From Phenylobacterium sp. (GTDB lineage Bacteria > Pseudomonadota > Alphaproteobacteria > Caulobacterales > Caulobacteraceae): a stretch of DNA of 64,000 nucleotides. Below, piece by piece: positions 27,832 to 37,628 of this stretch. The notes below the pieces were generated by a model. The model saw only the letters and a program-made list of their open reading frames with translations. It made no database searches and was not told where the DNA came from. Each line of letters begins with the position of its first letter. Positions within the stretch are counted from its first letter, which is position 1. The stretch covers positions 30,015 to 94,014 of the forward strand of contig NZ_DASXNL010000008.1 of assembly GCF_036495085.1 (NCBI RefSeq), in the 5' to 3' direction. The position numbers were made by a program, and so were the translations under genes.

Positions 27832-29796
27832 TTGCCGATGAGCGCCGACCTTTTCGTGCGCGGCGTCGAGTTGGCCGGTGAGCCCGACTTCCATCTCGGC
27901 GCGCTCTTCGTGCGGCCGTCGCGGCGCGAGATCGAGGTTGGCGGGCAGGCCGAGAAGCTTGAGCCGCGCGTCATGCAGGCCCTGGTGGTGCTGGCGGCCA
28001 ACCGCGACCGGGTGGTCTCCCGTGACCAGCTGATCGAGTCCTGCTGGGATCGTCGTATCGTCGGCGACGACGCCATCAATCGGTGCATGGCCAAGGTGCG
28101 GCGGGTCGCTCGGGCCCATGGCGGCTTCACCCTGGAAACCGTGCCGCGGGTCGGGTATCGGCTGAGGCTCGCGGCGCCGGGGGCGACGGCGGCCAAGAGC
28201 CGTCGGCTGCGCTGGGTGTGGCCCGCCTCCGTGGTCGGCGCAGCCCTTGTGCTCGCTGCCCTGGGTTGGTTCATGTGGCGTGGTGGCGCCACCCCGCTGA
28301 CGGCGGATAGCCCAGTCGCGATCCGGTCGTTCCAGTCCGTCACGACAGACGCCGCCGCCCGCGTTTTTGCGGTCGGCGTGGCCGACGACACCGCGGGCCT
28401 GTTGACCGAAAACGGCATCGAGATCGTGGCCGTCGACAGCCGTCGGCCACACCTTGAGATCGAGGGAACTGTCAGCGCTGACGCCGGCCGGCTGCGCACC
28501 AGGGTTCGCTTGCGCGATCCTCGGGCGGACGCGATTTTGTGGTCGGAGGAATTCACCGCTCCGACGTCCGAGGCGGCGCGCCTCCGCTTCGAAACCTCCT
28601 GGCGCCTGGTCGCCGCCGCGCAGACGGCCCGCGAGCTTCTTCGTGACCGCAGCCGCGACCTGGATTCCGTGGCTCTGGGGCTGGCGTTACAGACGCTGGA
28701 CTCCGCCCAGCAGTCGAGTTGGAAGCCGCTCAGCACGGCCGACGCGCTGGTGCGCCGCGCGCCGCTTTATGCGCCGGGTTGGGCCCTTCACGGCATGGTC
28801 CGGTTGGTCGAGTCCTCCTACGCGTCCGAGCCAGAGGCTGAGGCGTTGCGCCGGCAGGGGGTGGCCGACGCCCAGCACGCGCTCTCGCTGCGGCGCGACT
28901 TCGGTCCCGCCTACGGTTTGCTCGCCCTGGCCACACCGGTTCGGGACTGGACGGAACGCGCGCGCTTGCTGGAAAAAGGCCTGGCCCTCGCCCCAGGCCG
29001 CCTCAGCTCTACCATGGCCGACTTCCTGTCGAATAGCGGTCGCGTCGAAGACGCTCGGATGCTGAGCGAGCAGATCCTCGAGCGTGGACCCTCCCAGCCC
29101 GCCAACGCCGGCCAGGCTGTCGAAATTCGGTATCTCCGCGGAAGGACTCACGATGCGCAGGCCGGTGTCGACCGCTACTTGCCCATGCGCCCAGCCGACG
29201 CCAGCCTCCGGACGGCGGGGCTCGCTGTGGCCGTCCTGGCCGGAGATCCAGACCAGGCCCTGGCCATCTTGGGCGACCCGGCGCGCCGGCCGATCGACTT
29301 CACGGCGGAGACCCTACGCGCGACGACCGGCTTCGTGAATTGGCGGAAGTCCCAGACCGCGTCCGATCGCGAAGCGGCCCGCGCGGCGATCATGGCCGCC
29401 ACCGGCGCGCGCGGGCTGCAGCCCGGCCTGGCCGTGCAGATGCTGAGCGCTCTGCGCGAGATCGACAACGCGTTCGAGGTCGCGGATCGCTACGCTCAAG
29501 ATAGGCGGTTCCAGCGCCTCTATGGCCTGTCTCGGATCGGATTCCTATTCGGGCCGGCGACCGCGCCCCTCCGCGAGGATCGGCGGTTCGTCGACTTGGC
29601 GCGAACGCTGGGACTGCTGGACTACTGGCGGTCCAGCGCCCGCTGGCCCGACTTCTGCGAAAGCGAGCCGCGCTCGGTCTGCGCGGCTATGCGGGCCGGT
29701 CCTTCTGCTGGCCGCGCACCAGCGTCTTCCGTAAGCCGGCGCCCGCCGCAGCTGGAAATTCACCGCCGCCCGCGAACCGCGACCGCTCCCAGGTGA
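27832..29796 (+). CDS. CadC/ToxR-like winged-helix transmembrane regulator with TPR-like C-terminal domain
   Basis: LEPRVMQALVVLA...VVSRDQLIE.CW..IVGDDAINRC..KVRR..LETVPRVGYRL wHTH, one TM, helical repeats. Confidence 0.85.
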   Translation: MPMSADLFVRGVELAGEPDFHLGALFVRPSRREIEVGGQAEKLEPRVMQALVVLAANRDRVVSRDQLIESCWDRRIVGDDAINRCMAKVRRVARAHGGFTLETVPRVGYRLRLAAPGATAAKSRRLRWVWPASVVGAALVLAALGWFMWRGGATPLTADSPVAIRSFQSVTTDAAARVFAVGVADDTAGLLTENGIEIVAVDSRRPHLEIEGTVSADAGRLRTRVRLRDPRADAILWSEEFTAPTSEAARLRFETSWRLVAAAQTARELLRDRSRDLDSVALGLALQTLDSAQQSSWKPLSTADALVRRAPLYAPGWALHGMVRLVESSYASEPEAEALRRQGVADAQHALSLRRDFGPAYGLLALATPVRDWTERARLLEKGLALAPGRLSSTMADFLSNSGRVEDARMLSEQILERGPSQPANAGQAVEIRYLRGRTHDAQAGVDRYLPMRPADASLRTAGLAVAVLAGDPDQALAILGDPARRPIDFTAETLRATTGFVNWRKSQTASDREAARAAIMAATGARGLQPGLAVQMLSALREIDNAFEVADRYAQDRRFQRLYGLSRIGFLFGPATAPLREDRRFVDLARTLGLLDYWRSSARWPDFCESEPRSVCAAMRAGPSAGRAPASSVSRRPPQLEIHRRPRTATAPR

Positions 29797-30019
29797 AGCC
29801 ATGGGTCGAGGCTCGGTCGCCGAAGTCCGGAAGCCGAAAGCCGCACTCTCCCAAGTTCCGTCATAGGGTCGAAAGCCGCCATCCGCTGACCCCAGCGAGT
29901 GTCCGCTTCCTGGAGGTGAAGAATGGTCCGGAGGTGGCGCGGTGCAGCCATATCGACGGGCGTTCGCCAGGGCGAGGTAGATAGCTGACGGAGAACGTCG
30001 CTCGCTAAGCGCGGCGTGG

Positions 30020-31669
30020 ATGCTAGGATCGGAAGGGGTGTGCGCAGGGGGCAACTTGTATTCGGTCCATCTCGATCAGGCCTGTTTCCCAGCTCAGGCC
30101 GACGACGCCGTTCTCGAAACCACCGTCGGCGGGGTCCTGCGTGCGCGCGCCGAGGCTTCGCCGAGCGCCGAGGCGCTGGTCGAAGCCGATATCGCTGGCG
30201 TGCTCAGGCGGCGCTGGACCTATGCCCAATTGCTGGCTGACGCCGAACGGTTGGCCCAGGCGCTGTTGTCGCGCTACCGCCCCGGCGAGCGGATCGCCGT
30301 CTGGGCTCCAAACATCCCAGAATGGGTGATCCTGGAGTATGCCGCCGGCATGGCCGGCCTGGTGCTGGTGACCGCCAATCCGGCCTATCGCCCCCGCGAA
30401 CTGCAATTCGTGTTGGAGCAGTCCCGCGCGGCCGGCCTGTTCATGGTCGGTGAGTACCGCGGCAATCCGATGTCGGCGATCGCTGCTGAGGTCGCAGCCC
30501 AGGTCCCGGCGCTGCGTGAGGTCATCGACCTGGAGGACGCAGCCGCCCTCTACGCCGGCCATGATCCCTCCATCGAGCTGCCTCAGGTGAAGCCGACCGA
30601 CGCGGTGCAGATCCAGTACACTTCCGGCACAACCGGCTTTCCGAAGGGCGCGGTGCTGCACCACCGCGGCATCACCAACAACGCCCGCTTCGGCCATCGC
30701 CGCTACGGCGCACGCGAGGGCGAGACCTCACTCAACTTCATGCCGATGTTCCACACCGCCGGCTGCGGGATGGCGACGCTGGGCGCCTGCCAGGCGGGCC
30801 TGCGGATGATTCTCGCCAAGCTGTTCGATCCGCCGCGGATGCTGGACATCATCGCGGCGGAGCGGGTGGACATCAGCCTCGGCGTGCCGACCATGCTGGC
30901 GGGCCTGTTGGAGGCCCAGGCCATCCAGCCCCGGCATCTCAGCTCGCTGCGGCTGATGGGATCGGGTGGGTCGATGGTGCCACCGGAGCTGATCCGCCGC
31001 GTGCGGGCCGAATTCAACTGCGAATTCCAGACGGTCTATGGTCAGACTGAGAGTTCGCCGCTTCTCACTCAGACCCAGAGCGATGACGCTCTGGAAGACG
31101 TCTACACCACCGTCGGACAGCCTCTCCCGCAGACCGAAATCTCTATCCGCGATCCCGGGACCAACGCCGTCATGCCCGTGGGCGCAGTCGGCGAGATCTG
31201 CGCCCGGGCCTACGCCGTGATGCTGGAATACAACGACGATCCCGAGGCCACCGCCAAGGCCGTGGACGCCGACGGCTGGCTGCACACCGGCGACCTCGGG
31301 ACGCTCGACGCCCGGGGCTATCTGAAGGTCACGGGGCGGGTGAAGGAGATGATCATCCGGGGCGGCGAGAACTTGTTCCCCGCCGAGATCGAGAGCGTTC
31401 TCCTTGAGCATCCGGACGTAGCCGAGGCGGCCGTGGTCGGAGCACCTGACGAGCGCTGGGGCGAGATAGTCCTGGGCTTCGTGCGGCTGACGACGGGCGC
31501 CGAGCTGGACCGGGCGGCGCTGATCGCCCATTGCCGCGAGCGCATCTCGCCGCAGAAGACCCCGGCCCGCTGGATCGTGGTCACCGATTGGCCGCTGACC
31601 GGCTCCGGCAAGATCCAGAAGTTCGTTCTGCGCGACCGCTTCGTAGCCGGCGAGTTCGAGGTGGTTTAG
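30020..31669 (+). CDS. AMP-binding acyl-CoA synthetase
   Basis: YTSGTTGFPKG, YGQTE, GWLHTGDLG, KEMIIRGGENLFPAEIE, GSGKIQK. Confidence 0.95.
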   Translation: MLGSEGVCAGGNLYSVHLDQACFPAQADDAVLETTVGGVLRARAEASPSAEALVEADIAGVLRRRWTYAQLLADAERLAQALLSRYRPGERIAVWAPNIPEWVILEYAAGMAGLVLVTANPAYRPRELQFVLEQSRAAGLFMVGEYRGNPMSAIAAEVAAQVPALREVIDLEDAAALYAGHDPSIELPQVKPTDAVQIQYTSGTTGFPKGAVLHHRGITNNARFGHRRYGAREGETSLNFMPMFHTAGCGMATLGACQAGLRMILAKLFDPPRMLDIIAAERVDISLGVPTMLAGLLEAQAIQPRHLSSLRLMGSGGSMVPPELIRRVRAEFNCEFQTVYGQTESSPLLTQTQSDDALEDVYTTVGQPLPQTEISIRDPGTNAVMPVGAVGEICARAYAVMLEYNDDPEATAKAVDADGWLHTGDLGTLDARGYLKVTGRVKEMIIRGGENLFPAEIESVLLEHPDVAEAAVVGAPDERWGEIVLGFVRLTTGAELDRAALIAHCRERISPQKTPARWIVVTDWPLTGSGKIQKFVLRDRFVAGEFEVV

Positions 31670-31689
31670 GTCGTCTGCGGCGCATTTCC

Positions 31690-31712
31690 GTCCGCTTGGG
31701 TCGCTAGCGGAC
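31690..31712. repeat. Perfect copy of palindromic repeat family
   Basis: GTCCGCT-TGGGTCGCT-AGCGGAC hairpin at right edge of accessory region. Confidence 0.8.
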
Positions 31713-31782
31713 GCAGAGGAGAGGCGGCATAGAGTCTGCGCCTGGCGGCCTGGGGCCTTGGCCTTCGTCGGGACGAGGGGAC

Positions 31783-32421
31783 CTAAACCGAACAGGCCGC
31801 GACGATCTCGGCGCGGAGTTCAGGGATACCCAGGCCCTTCTCGGCGGAAGTGGCCACCACGCGGGGGAAGGCGGCGGGCCGTTTGGCGATGGCGGCGAGC
31901 GTCTTGGCGGTGACCGCCTCGACCTCCGAGGCCTTCAGCTTGTCGGCCTTGGTCAACACGATCTGGTAAGAGACCGCAGCGACGTCGAAGGCGTCGAGGG
32001 CCTCCTTGTCCACGTCCTTAAGTCCGTGGCGGCTGTCGATCAGCAGAAAGGCGCGCTTAAGGTTCGGCCGGCCTCGCAGATAGTCGCGACCGAGGTTCTG
32101 GAACTTCTTCACCTCGCCCCGTGAGGCCCGCGCGAAACCGTAGCCCGGCAGGTCGACCAGCCTGAGCCTGCCGTCGGCGACGAAGAAATTCACCTCTCGC
32201 GTGCGGCCCGGCGAATTCGAGGCCCGCGCCAGGTGCAGGCGCCCGGCCACCGCATTGATCAAGGTGCTCTTGCCCACGTTGGAGCGGCCGGCGAAAGCCA
32301 CTTCCGGCAGATCGGCGGGGGGGAGGCCGGCGATGTTCACCGCCCCCATCATGAAGCTGACCTCGCGAGCGAAGAGGACGCGGGCCGCCTCCAGGGCGTC
32401 GGCGTCGAAGACCTCTGTCAC
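31783..32421 (-). CDS. engB: Ribosome biogenesis GTPase EngB/YihA
   Basis: [23 protein letters not shown]; GTG start overlaps yidC stop. Confidence 0.96.
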   Translation of the reverse strand: MTEVFDADALEAARVLFAREVSFMMGAVNIAGLPPADLPEVAFAGRSNVGKSTLINAVAGRLHLARASNSPGRTREVNFFVADGRLRLVDLPGYGFARASRGEVKKFQNLGRDYLRGRPNLKRAFLLIDSRHGLKDVDKEALDAFDVAAVSYQIVLTKADKLKASEVEAVTAKTLAAIAKRPAAFPRVVATSAEKGLGIPELRAEIVAACSV

Positions 32422-34199
32422 CCCGCAGCCTTGCCCGTGACGCGCGCGAAGAACTTGTCGATGGGGTTTTCCACCTTGAAGCGGCGCATCATCACGTACT
32501 GCTGGACGGTGGTGAGCACGTTCGACCAGGTCCAGTAGATCAACAGGCCCACGGCGAAGGGGGCCATGATGAACATGAACACCCACGGCATCAGCTGGAA
32601 GATCTTCTGCTGAGCTGGATCGACACCGGTCTGCGGGGTCATGGACGTGGTCAGCCACATGGTGATCCCGTAGGCGAGCGGCAGGATGCCAAGATGCAGC
32701 GTCGTGTCGAGGATGCCGCCAACCAGCGGCAAGTGGGCCGGGTTCCAGGGGATCAGGCCGAACAGGTTCCAGATGGTCGTCGGATCACGCGCCGAGAGGT
32801 CGTTGATCCAGCCCATGAAGGGGGCGTGGCGCATCTCGATGGTGACCGACAGCACCTTGTAGAGCGAGAAGAACACCGGGATCTGCAGCAGGATCGGCAG
32901 GCAGCCGGCCAGCGGATTGACCTTCTCCCGCTGGTAGAGGGCCATGATCTCCTGCTGCTGCTTGGCCGGGTCGTCCTTATAGCGCTTGCGAAGGTCCTCC
33001 ATCAGGGGCTGCACCTTCTTCATCTTGGTCATCGACTCGTACTGCTTGTTGGCGATCGGGAAGAAGGCCACGCGCACGCAGACGGTGAGCAGCAGGATGG
33101 CGATGCCGAAGCTGCCCACATGGGCGAAGATGTATTCAAGGAAGGCGAAGATCGGCCGGGTGAAGAACCAGAACATGCCCCAGTCGACGGCTTCGTCGAA
33201 GTGGGGGATGGCGAGATTGGTCTGATAGGCCTTGAGCAGGGGTACGACCTTGGCGCCTGCGAAGAGATGCTGCGCGACGCTCACCTGCTGCCCGGGCGCG
33301 ATCGTCCGCGCCCCGCCGGTGTAGTTGGCCTCAAAGACGTTGAGGTCGCCGTCCTGGGCGTCGCGGAAGACGGCGTGGATCTGCTCGGATGCGTTCGGGA
33401 TCAGCGAGGCCAGCCAATACTTGTCCGTGATCCCGGTCCAGCCTCCAACGGAGTTGAATTCCTGGGCGGCGGCGCCCTTCTTCGAGAGGTCCTTGTACTT
33501 GAACGACCGGACGCGGCCATCGAGGTAGCCGATCGTGCCTTCGTGGACGATGCCGGACTTGCCCACCTCAGGCGGCACGCCCTGGCGCTGCACAGAGCCG
33601 TACGGAGCCAGCGTCACCGGCCCGGCGCCGGTGTTGGTCACTGTGTCGGTGAACTTGAACATGTAGTTCTCGTCCACGTCGACCCGCCGCGCGAACGTGA
33701 GACCCTGGCCGTTGGAATAGGTCATCACCACCGGGTGGCCGGGGCTTAGCGTCGTGCCTTGCGTCAAGGTCCAGACCGTGGTCGCGCTCGGCAGGCCAGG
33801 CACGTTCTGGCCGACCCAGCCGAAATCCACGAACCAGGGGAAGGCCGCGCCTTCGGGGCGCAGCATCTCGACCGGCGGCGAGTCCTTGGCGGTGGTCTGG
33901 CGGTAGCGCGTGAGGAAGAGGTCGTCGAGCCGGGCGCCGCGCAGGGAGATGGAGCCCTTCAACGCCGGGGTCTCGATCGGGACGCGTGGGCTGGTCGCGA
34001 GCGCTGCGGCGCGGGTGACCGCCGGCGGAGCGGCCATCGCAGGCGCACCGGGCATGACGGCGGCGGCGGCGGGTGGATGCGCCTTCAGCTCGGCCTGCCG
34101 GCGCTTGGCCTGCGGGTCGATCACGTACACCTGATAGATGACGAACAGGATCGCGGCGCACACGCCGAAGATGAGCAGGTTGCGGTTGTCTTCGGTCAT
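32418..34199 (-). CDS. yidC: Membrane protein insertase YidC
   Basis: [43 protein letters not shown]. Confidence 0.97.
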   Translation of the reverse strand: MTEDNRNLLIFGVCAAILFVIYQVYVIDPQAKRRQAELKAHPPAAAAVMPGAPAMAAPPAVTRAAALATSPRVPIETPALKGSISLRGARLDDLFLTRYRQTTAKDSPPVEMLRPEGAAFPWFVDFGWVGQNVPGLPSATTVWTLTQGTTLSPGHPVVMTYSNGQGLTFARRVDVDENYMFKFTDTVTNTGAGPVTLAPYGSVQRQGVPPEVGKSGIVHEGTIGYLDGRVRSFKYKDLSKKGAAAQEFNSVGGWTGITDKYWLASLIPNASEQIHAVFRDAQDGDLNVFEANYTGGARTIAPGQQVSVAQHLFAGAKVVPLLKAYQTNLAIPHFDEAVDWGMFWFFTRPIFAFLEYIFAHVGSFGIAILLLTVCVRVAFFPIANKQYESMTKMKKVQPLMEDLRKRYKDDPAKQQQEIMALYQREKVNPLAGCLPILLQIPVFFSLYKVLSVTIEMRHAPFMGWINDLSARDPTTIWNLFGLIPWNPAHLPLVGGILDTTLHLGILPLAYGITMWLTTSMTPQTGVDPAQQKIFQLMPWVFMFIMAPFAVGLLIYWTWSNVLTTVQQYVMMRRFKVENPIDKFFARVTGKAAG

Positions 34200-34213
34200 C
34201 GAGGGGAGGCTGC

Positions 34214-34609
34214 TCAATCTTGCGGGGGTGGGGCGCGTGCAGGGTCGCGCGCGCGGCCATCGCCATCGGCGGCGAGCCTTATCAGCGCGCTTTTCACATC
34301 GTCAAGCAAACGCGACCAAGGGCGGGTGGTCACACCGCCGCGGGCCACGAAAACATAGTCGAAACCTGGGGACGCCAGCGCGGGAAGCAAGAGGCGGGCG
34401 GCCTCACGCAGGCGCCGCTTTGCCCGGTTGCGCTCCACGGCGCCGCCGATACGCTTGGTGGCGGTGAAGCCAGCGCGAACCAGAGGCCTATCGTCACGGG
34501 GGCGGGCCTGGACGAGCACGGCGCCGCGCGCGCAGTGAGCTGCTTGCGCGCAGGCCAGGAAGTCCGGGCGCTTCTTCAGGCGTTCGATTTTGAAGAGGGC
34601 GTCGGTCAC
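34214..34609 (-). CDS. rnpA: Ribonuclease P protein component
   Basis: [33 protein letters not shown]. Confidence 0.95.
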   Translation of the reverse strand: MTDALFKIERLKKRPDFLACAQAAHCARGAVLVQARPRDDRPLVRAGFTATKRIGGAVERNRAKRRLREAARLLLPALASPGFDYVFVARGGVTTRPWSRLLDDVKSALIRLAADGDGRARDPARAPPPQD

Positions 34610-34634
34610 GCCGACACCATAGCTTAAGCCGGGC

Positions 34635-34769
34635 TTAGGCGCTCAGGCGCTTGCGGCCCTTGGCGCGGCGGCGCGCCAGCACCTTCTGCCCATTCTTGGT
34701 GGACATGCGCAGGCGAAAGCCGTGGCGACGGGCGCGGACGAGACGGGAAGGCTGGAAAGTCCGCTTCAC
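34635..34769 (-). CDS. rpmH: 50S ribosomal protein L34 (not in ORF track)
   Basis: Own translation: (V)[43 protein letters not shown]. Confidence 0.97.
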   Translation of the reverse strand: MKRTFQPSRLVRARRHGFRLRMSTKNGQKVLARRRAKGRKRLSA

Positions 34770-34897
34770 GGAAGGCTCCGGGGTCGAAAATCGAGCGGCG
34801 GTGGATAGTGGATCGGGCCGGCGGTGTCAACCTTGCGGCGCGCTACGCCCTCATAGGCGCGCCACCGTGGCCCCAACGGCAGCGGCGCTGCGGCCGG

Positions 34898-35878
34898 CTA
34901 CAGATCCGGCCGGACGATCGTTTTGCCGACCACCTTGCGCTCAGCAAGGGAGTCATAGGCGGCGCGCCATTCGCTGAGGGGGTATTCCTTGTCGACACGG
35001 GGACGGACCTTGCCCTCCTCGGCGAGCTTCCAGATCGCCTCGTGGTTTTCGCGGCCGCGTTCGGGGTACTGGCGCCCGTATTCACCGGCGCGGACGCCCA
35101 TCACCGAGAAGCCCTTGATGAGTGCGATATTGACCGGCAGCACCGGCAAGCGGCCCGACGTGAAGCCGATGGACAGGATGCGGCCGCCGAAGGCGATGCA
35201 ACGCAGGCTCTCGTCAAAGACGTCGCCGCCGACCGGATCGTAGATCACATCAGCGCCCCTGCCGCCGGTGAGCTCCTTCACGCGTTCGCGGAAGCCGCTC
35301 GTCACGTTGACTGTGGCGTCGGGGGCGTATTCGGCGGCGATGGCGGCGAGCTTGGCGTCGGAGGCGGAAGCGGCGATGACGCGCGCGCCCATGACCTGGG
35401 CGAGGTCGACGGCGGCCAGGCCGACGCCGCCTGCTGCGCCGTGCACCAGAACCCACTCCGCGGGCTGGAGGCGGGCGCAGCGCTCGAAGGCGACGTAGGC
35501 CGTGAGATAGGCCACCGCGTAGCCGGCCGCCTGGCTGAAGCTGAGAGTGTCGGGCTTACGGCGCAGCCCCGCAGCCGGGAGGACGGCGAATTCGGCCATG
35601 CCGCCGCGGCCGCCGCCCGCGACCGCCTCGCCCGGCGCGAAGGCCGTGACGCCGGGGCCGAGCACGTCGACCTCGCCGGCCAGCTCCATGCCGGGGACGA
35701 AGGGGACCGGAGGCTTGTGCTGGTGCTCGCCTCGGGTCTGCATGAGGTCGGGGAAGTTGACCGCCGCCGCACGCACCCGGATCCGCACCTCGCCGGGGCC
35801 CGGCTCCGGCGTCGGGATCTCCTTGACGATGCAGCCGGCATAGTCGGGCGCCAACCGCTCCACGACGAGGGCGCGCAT
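34898..35878 (-). CDS. NADPH:quinone oxidoreductase family (MDR) protein
   Basis: VNFPD, PFVPGME.AG, VLVHGAAGGVGLAA, YDPVGG. Confidence 0.93.
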   Translation of the reverse strand: MRALVVERLAPDYAGCIVKEIPTPEPGPGEVRIRVRAAAVNFPDLMQTRGEHQHKPPVPFVPGMELAGEVDVLGPGVTAFAPGEAVAGGGRGGMAEFAVLPAAGLRRKPDTLSFSQAAGYAVAYLTAYVAFERCARLQPAEWVLVHGAAGGVGLAAVDLAQVMGARVIAASASDAKLAAIAAEYAPDATVNVTSGFRERVKELTGGRGADVIYDPVGGDVFDESLRCIAFGGRILSIGFTSGRLPVLPVNIALIKGFSVMGVRAGEYGRQYPERGRENHEAIWKLAEEGKVRPRVDKEYPLSEWRAAYDSLAERKVVGKTIVRPDL

Positions 35879-36924
35879 CAGGCGATGCGGCCTTGGAAGC
35901 CTTCGCGCACCAGGCCGGCCACCTCGCGGCAGGCGGTGTCGGCGGCGGGCACCGCGCCGGTGAAGGCCGTGAAGGCGTGCGCAAGGCTGTCGTAGCAGCG
36001 GTAGACAGTCGGCACGTGAGCCTCTCTCAGCCGCCGGGCATAGGCCTCACCCTGGTCAAGCAACGGGTCGAAGCCGGCGGTGACCACAACGGCCGGGGCC
36101 AGGCCCGCAAAGTTCTCTGCGCGGAGCGGCGACAGGCGCGGGTCGGCCGGATTGTCGCCCGGACCCATGTAATGCCCGGCGAACCAGTCCAGGGTCGCGC
36201 GGTCGAGCGGGAAAGCCTCGCCGTAGGTGGTCATCGACGCGCTTTCGCAGGCGATATCCACCCAAGGATAGATCAGAAGCTGCAAAACCGGCTGCGGTTC
36301 GCCTGTGCGCCTCAGTTCCTGGCAGACAGCGGCGGCGAAGGCGCCGCCCATGGAATCCCCCCCGATCGCCGCGCGGCCCGGCGGCGCGCCGAAGCGCTCG
36401 GCGTTGTCGCGGCCGTAGCGGTAGGCGGCCAGGACGTCTTCGAGGCCGGCGGGGAAACGATGTTCCGGCGCCAGGCGATAGTCGACGGAGAGCACCGGTC
36501 CTCGGGTGTCCTTCGCCAGAATGCCGCAGAAGGCATGGCAGGTCTGCAGGTCCCCGATAACCCCGCCACCCATGTGAGCGAAGATCATCAGCGGCGTTTC
36601 CGGCTCCTGGTTGTCCGGTCGATAGAGCCTCGCCGGAATCGCGGCCGCCGGCCCAGGGATCGTGACGGGTTCAACGCGGACGCCGGGTTCCGGGTCTCCG
36701 CTCATGCTGGCCAGAGCATCGGCGCTGGCGCGTCGAGCGTCCTCGGGTGACAGCGTTGTCATCGAGGGCGAGCTACGGGCCTGGGACGCCAGGTACTGCA
36801 GCCGGGGTTCGAGGGTCCTGCCCCCCTGATAGACAACTCCGGCGCCCGACATCAGTCGCAGCACCGCAACGGGCAGGCTCAGCACGGTGCGGACAAGCAG
36901 GCGTTGGCTGGCGGCGCTTGGCAT
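35878..36924 (-). CDS. Alpha/beta hydrolase (HSL-type esterase)
   Basis: HMGGG, VDYRLAPEH.FP, GDSMGG, FDPL.D, H near C-terminus. Confidence 0.92.
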   Translation of the reverse strand: MPSAASQRLLVRTVLSLPVAVLRLMSGAGVVYQGGRTLEPRLQYLASQARSSPSMTTLSPEDARRASADALASMSGDPEPGVRVEPVTIPGPAAAIPARLYRPDNQEPETPLMIFAHMGGGVIGDLQTCHAFCGILAKDTRGPVLSVDYRLAPEHRFPAGLEDVLAAYRYGRDNAERFGAPPGRAAIGGDSMGGAFAAAVCQELRRTGEPQPVLQLLIYPWVDIACESASMTTYGEAFPLDRATLDWFAGHYMGPGDNPADPRLSPLRAENFAGLAPAVVVTAGFDPLLDQGEAYARRLREAHVPTVYRCYDSLAHAFTAFTGAVPAADTACREVAGLVREGFQGRIA

Positions 36925-36926
36925 GG

Positions 36927-37562
36927 TCAGGCGGGCCCCTTGGGCAGGCCTTTCAGGCCGTTGAGGATCATTCTCACCGCGAATTCGGCGGCGCCCGTCG
37001 TATCGACGGGCCGGCGTTCCAGCATCTTGTCGCCCACATCCCTGGCGATGGCGATGCAGGCGGCGGCCATGTAATCCGGGTCGGCCAGCGGGCCCTTGCG
37101 CTCGGCGATGGCCTCGGCCAGCGCGCCGCGTACGTCGGCGAAGACGGCCGCCATCTCGGGAGTCTCGCCCTGGACGTGGAGGTGCGGCTCACCGGCTGGA
37201 CGGCGCGCGGCCCAATTCCTGTGTTCGTCCGCAATGAAGTCGAAGTAGGCGCCGATGGCCCGCTCGACAAAGGTCTCGAAGCTGTAGCCCTGGCCGCGCA
37301 GGCCTTTCAGAATTGGCCCGAACCGCCGCGCCCCGTCGTCGGCGAGGGCGGCGAACACCTCCTCCTTGGAGCGGTAGTAGTTGTAGAACGTACCTGCCGC
37401 GAGGCCCGTGCGGCGGATGATGTCGCGGACCGTGGCGGTCTCATAGCCCAACTCGCCGAATACCTCCCGCGCAGCGTCGAGAATGGCCTGGCGATTGGCC
37501 ACCTTGGTCTGCTCACGTTTGCCGACGGTCAGGGAAGCGGGGAGATAAGCGACCTGGGTCAT
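36927..37562 (-). CDS. TetR/AcrR family regulator
   Basis: AILDAAREVF..GYE.ATVRDI..GTFYNYYRSKE HTH; ATG 37562 preceded by AAGGA (alternative start 37598). Confidence 0.9.
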   Translation of the reverse strand: MTQVAYLPASLTVGKREQTKVANRQAILDAAREVFGELGYETATVRDIIRRTGLAAGTFYNYYRSKEEVFAALADDGARRFGPILKGLRGQGYSFETFVERAIGAYFDFIADEHRNWAARRPAGEPHLHVQGETPEMAAVFADVRGALAEAIAERKGPLADPDYMAAACIAIARDVGDKMLERRPVDTTGAAEFAVRMILNGLKGLPKGPA

Positions 37563-37585
37563 GGGTCCTTTCGGAGACTCAAAAG

Positions 37586-37597
37586 TGACACGCGTCA
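37586..37597. promoter_or_regulatory. Putative TetR operator
   Basis: TGAC-ACGC-GTCA palindrome ~25 nt upstream of the TetR start. Confidence 0.5.
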
Positions 37598-37628
37598 TCC
37601 TAAGGGGTCTCGCCCCGAAAAGCCAAGG

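Noticed and set aside
26028-28736. 902-aa esterase fusion ORF
   Set aside because: The N-terminal ~330 aa are the antisense shadow of the regulator gene; the real esterase starts near 27734/27662
21700-31712. Classical integron with attC sites
   Set aside because: No intI, no consistent RYYYAAC/GTTRRRY cores, and genes are in mixed orientation
34624-34638. CtrA-like TTAA-N7-TTAG between rpmH and rnpA
   Set aside because: It overlaps the rpmH stop codon and a small hairpin inside a housekeeping operon; likely coincidental
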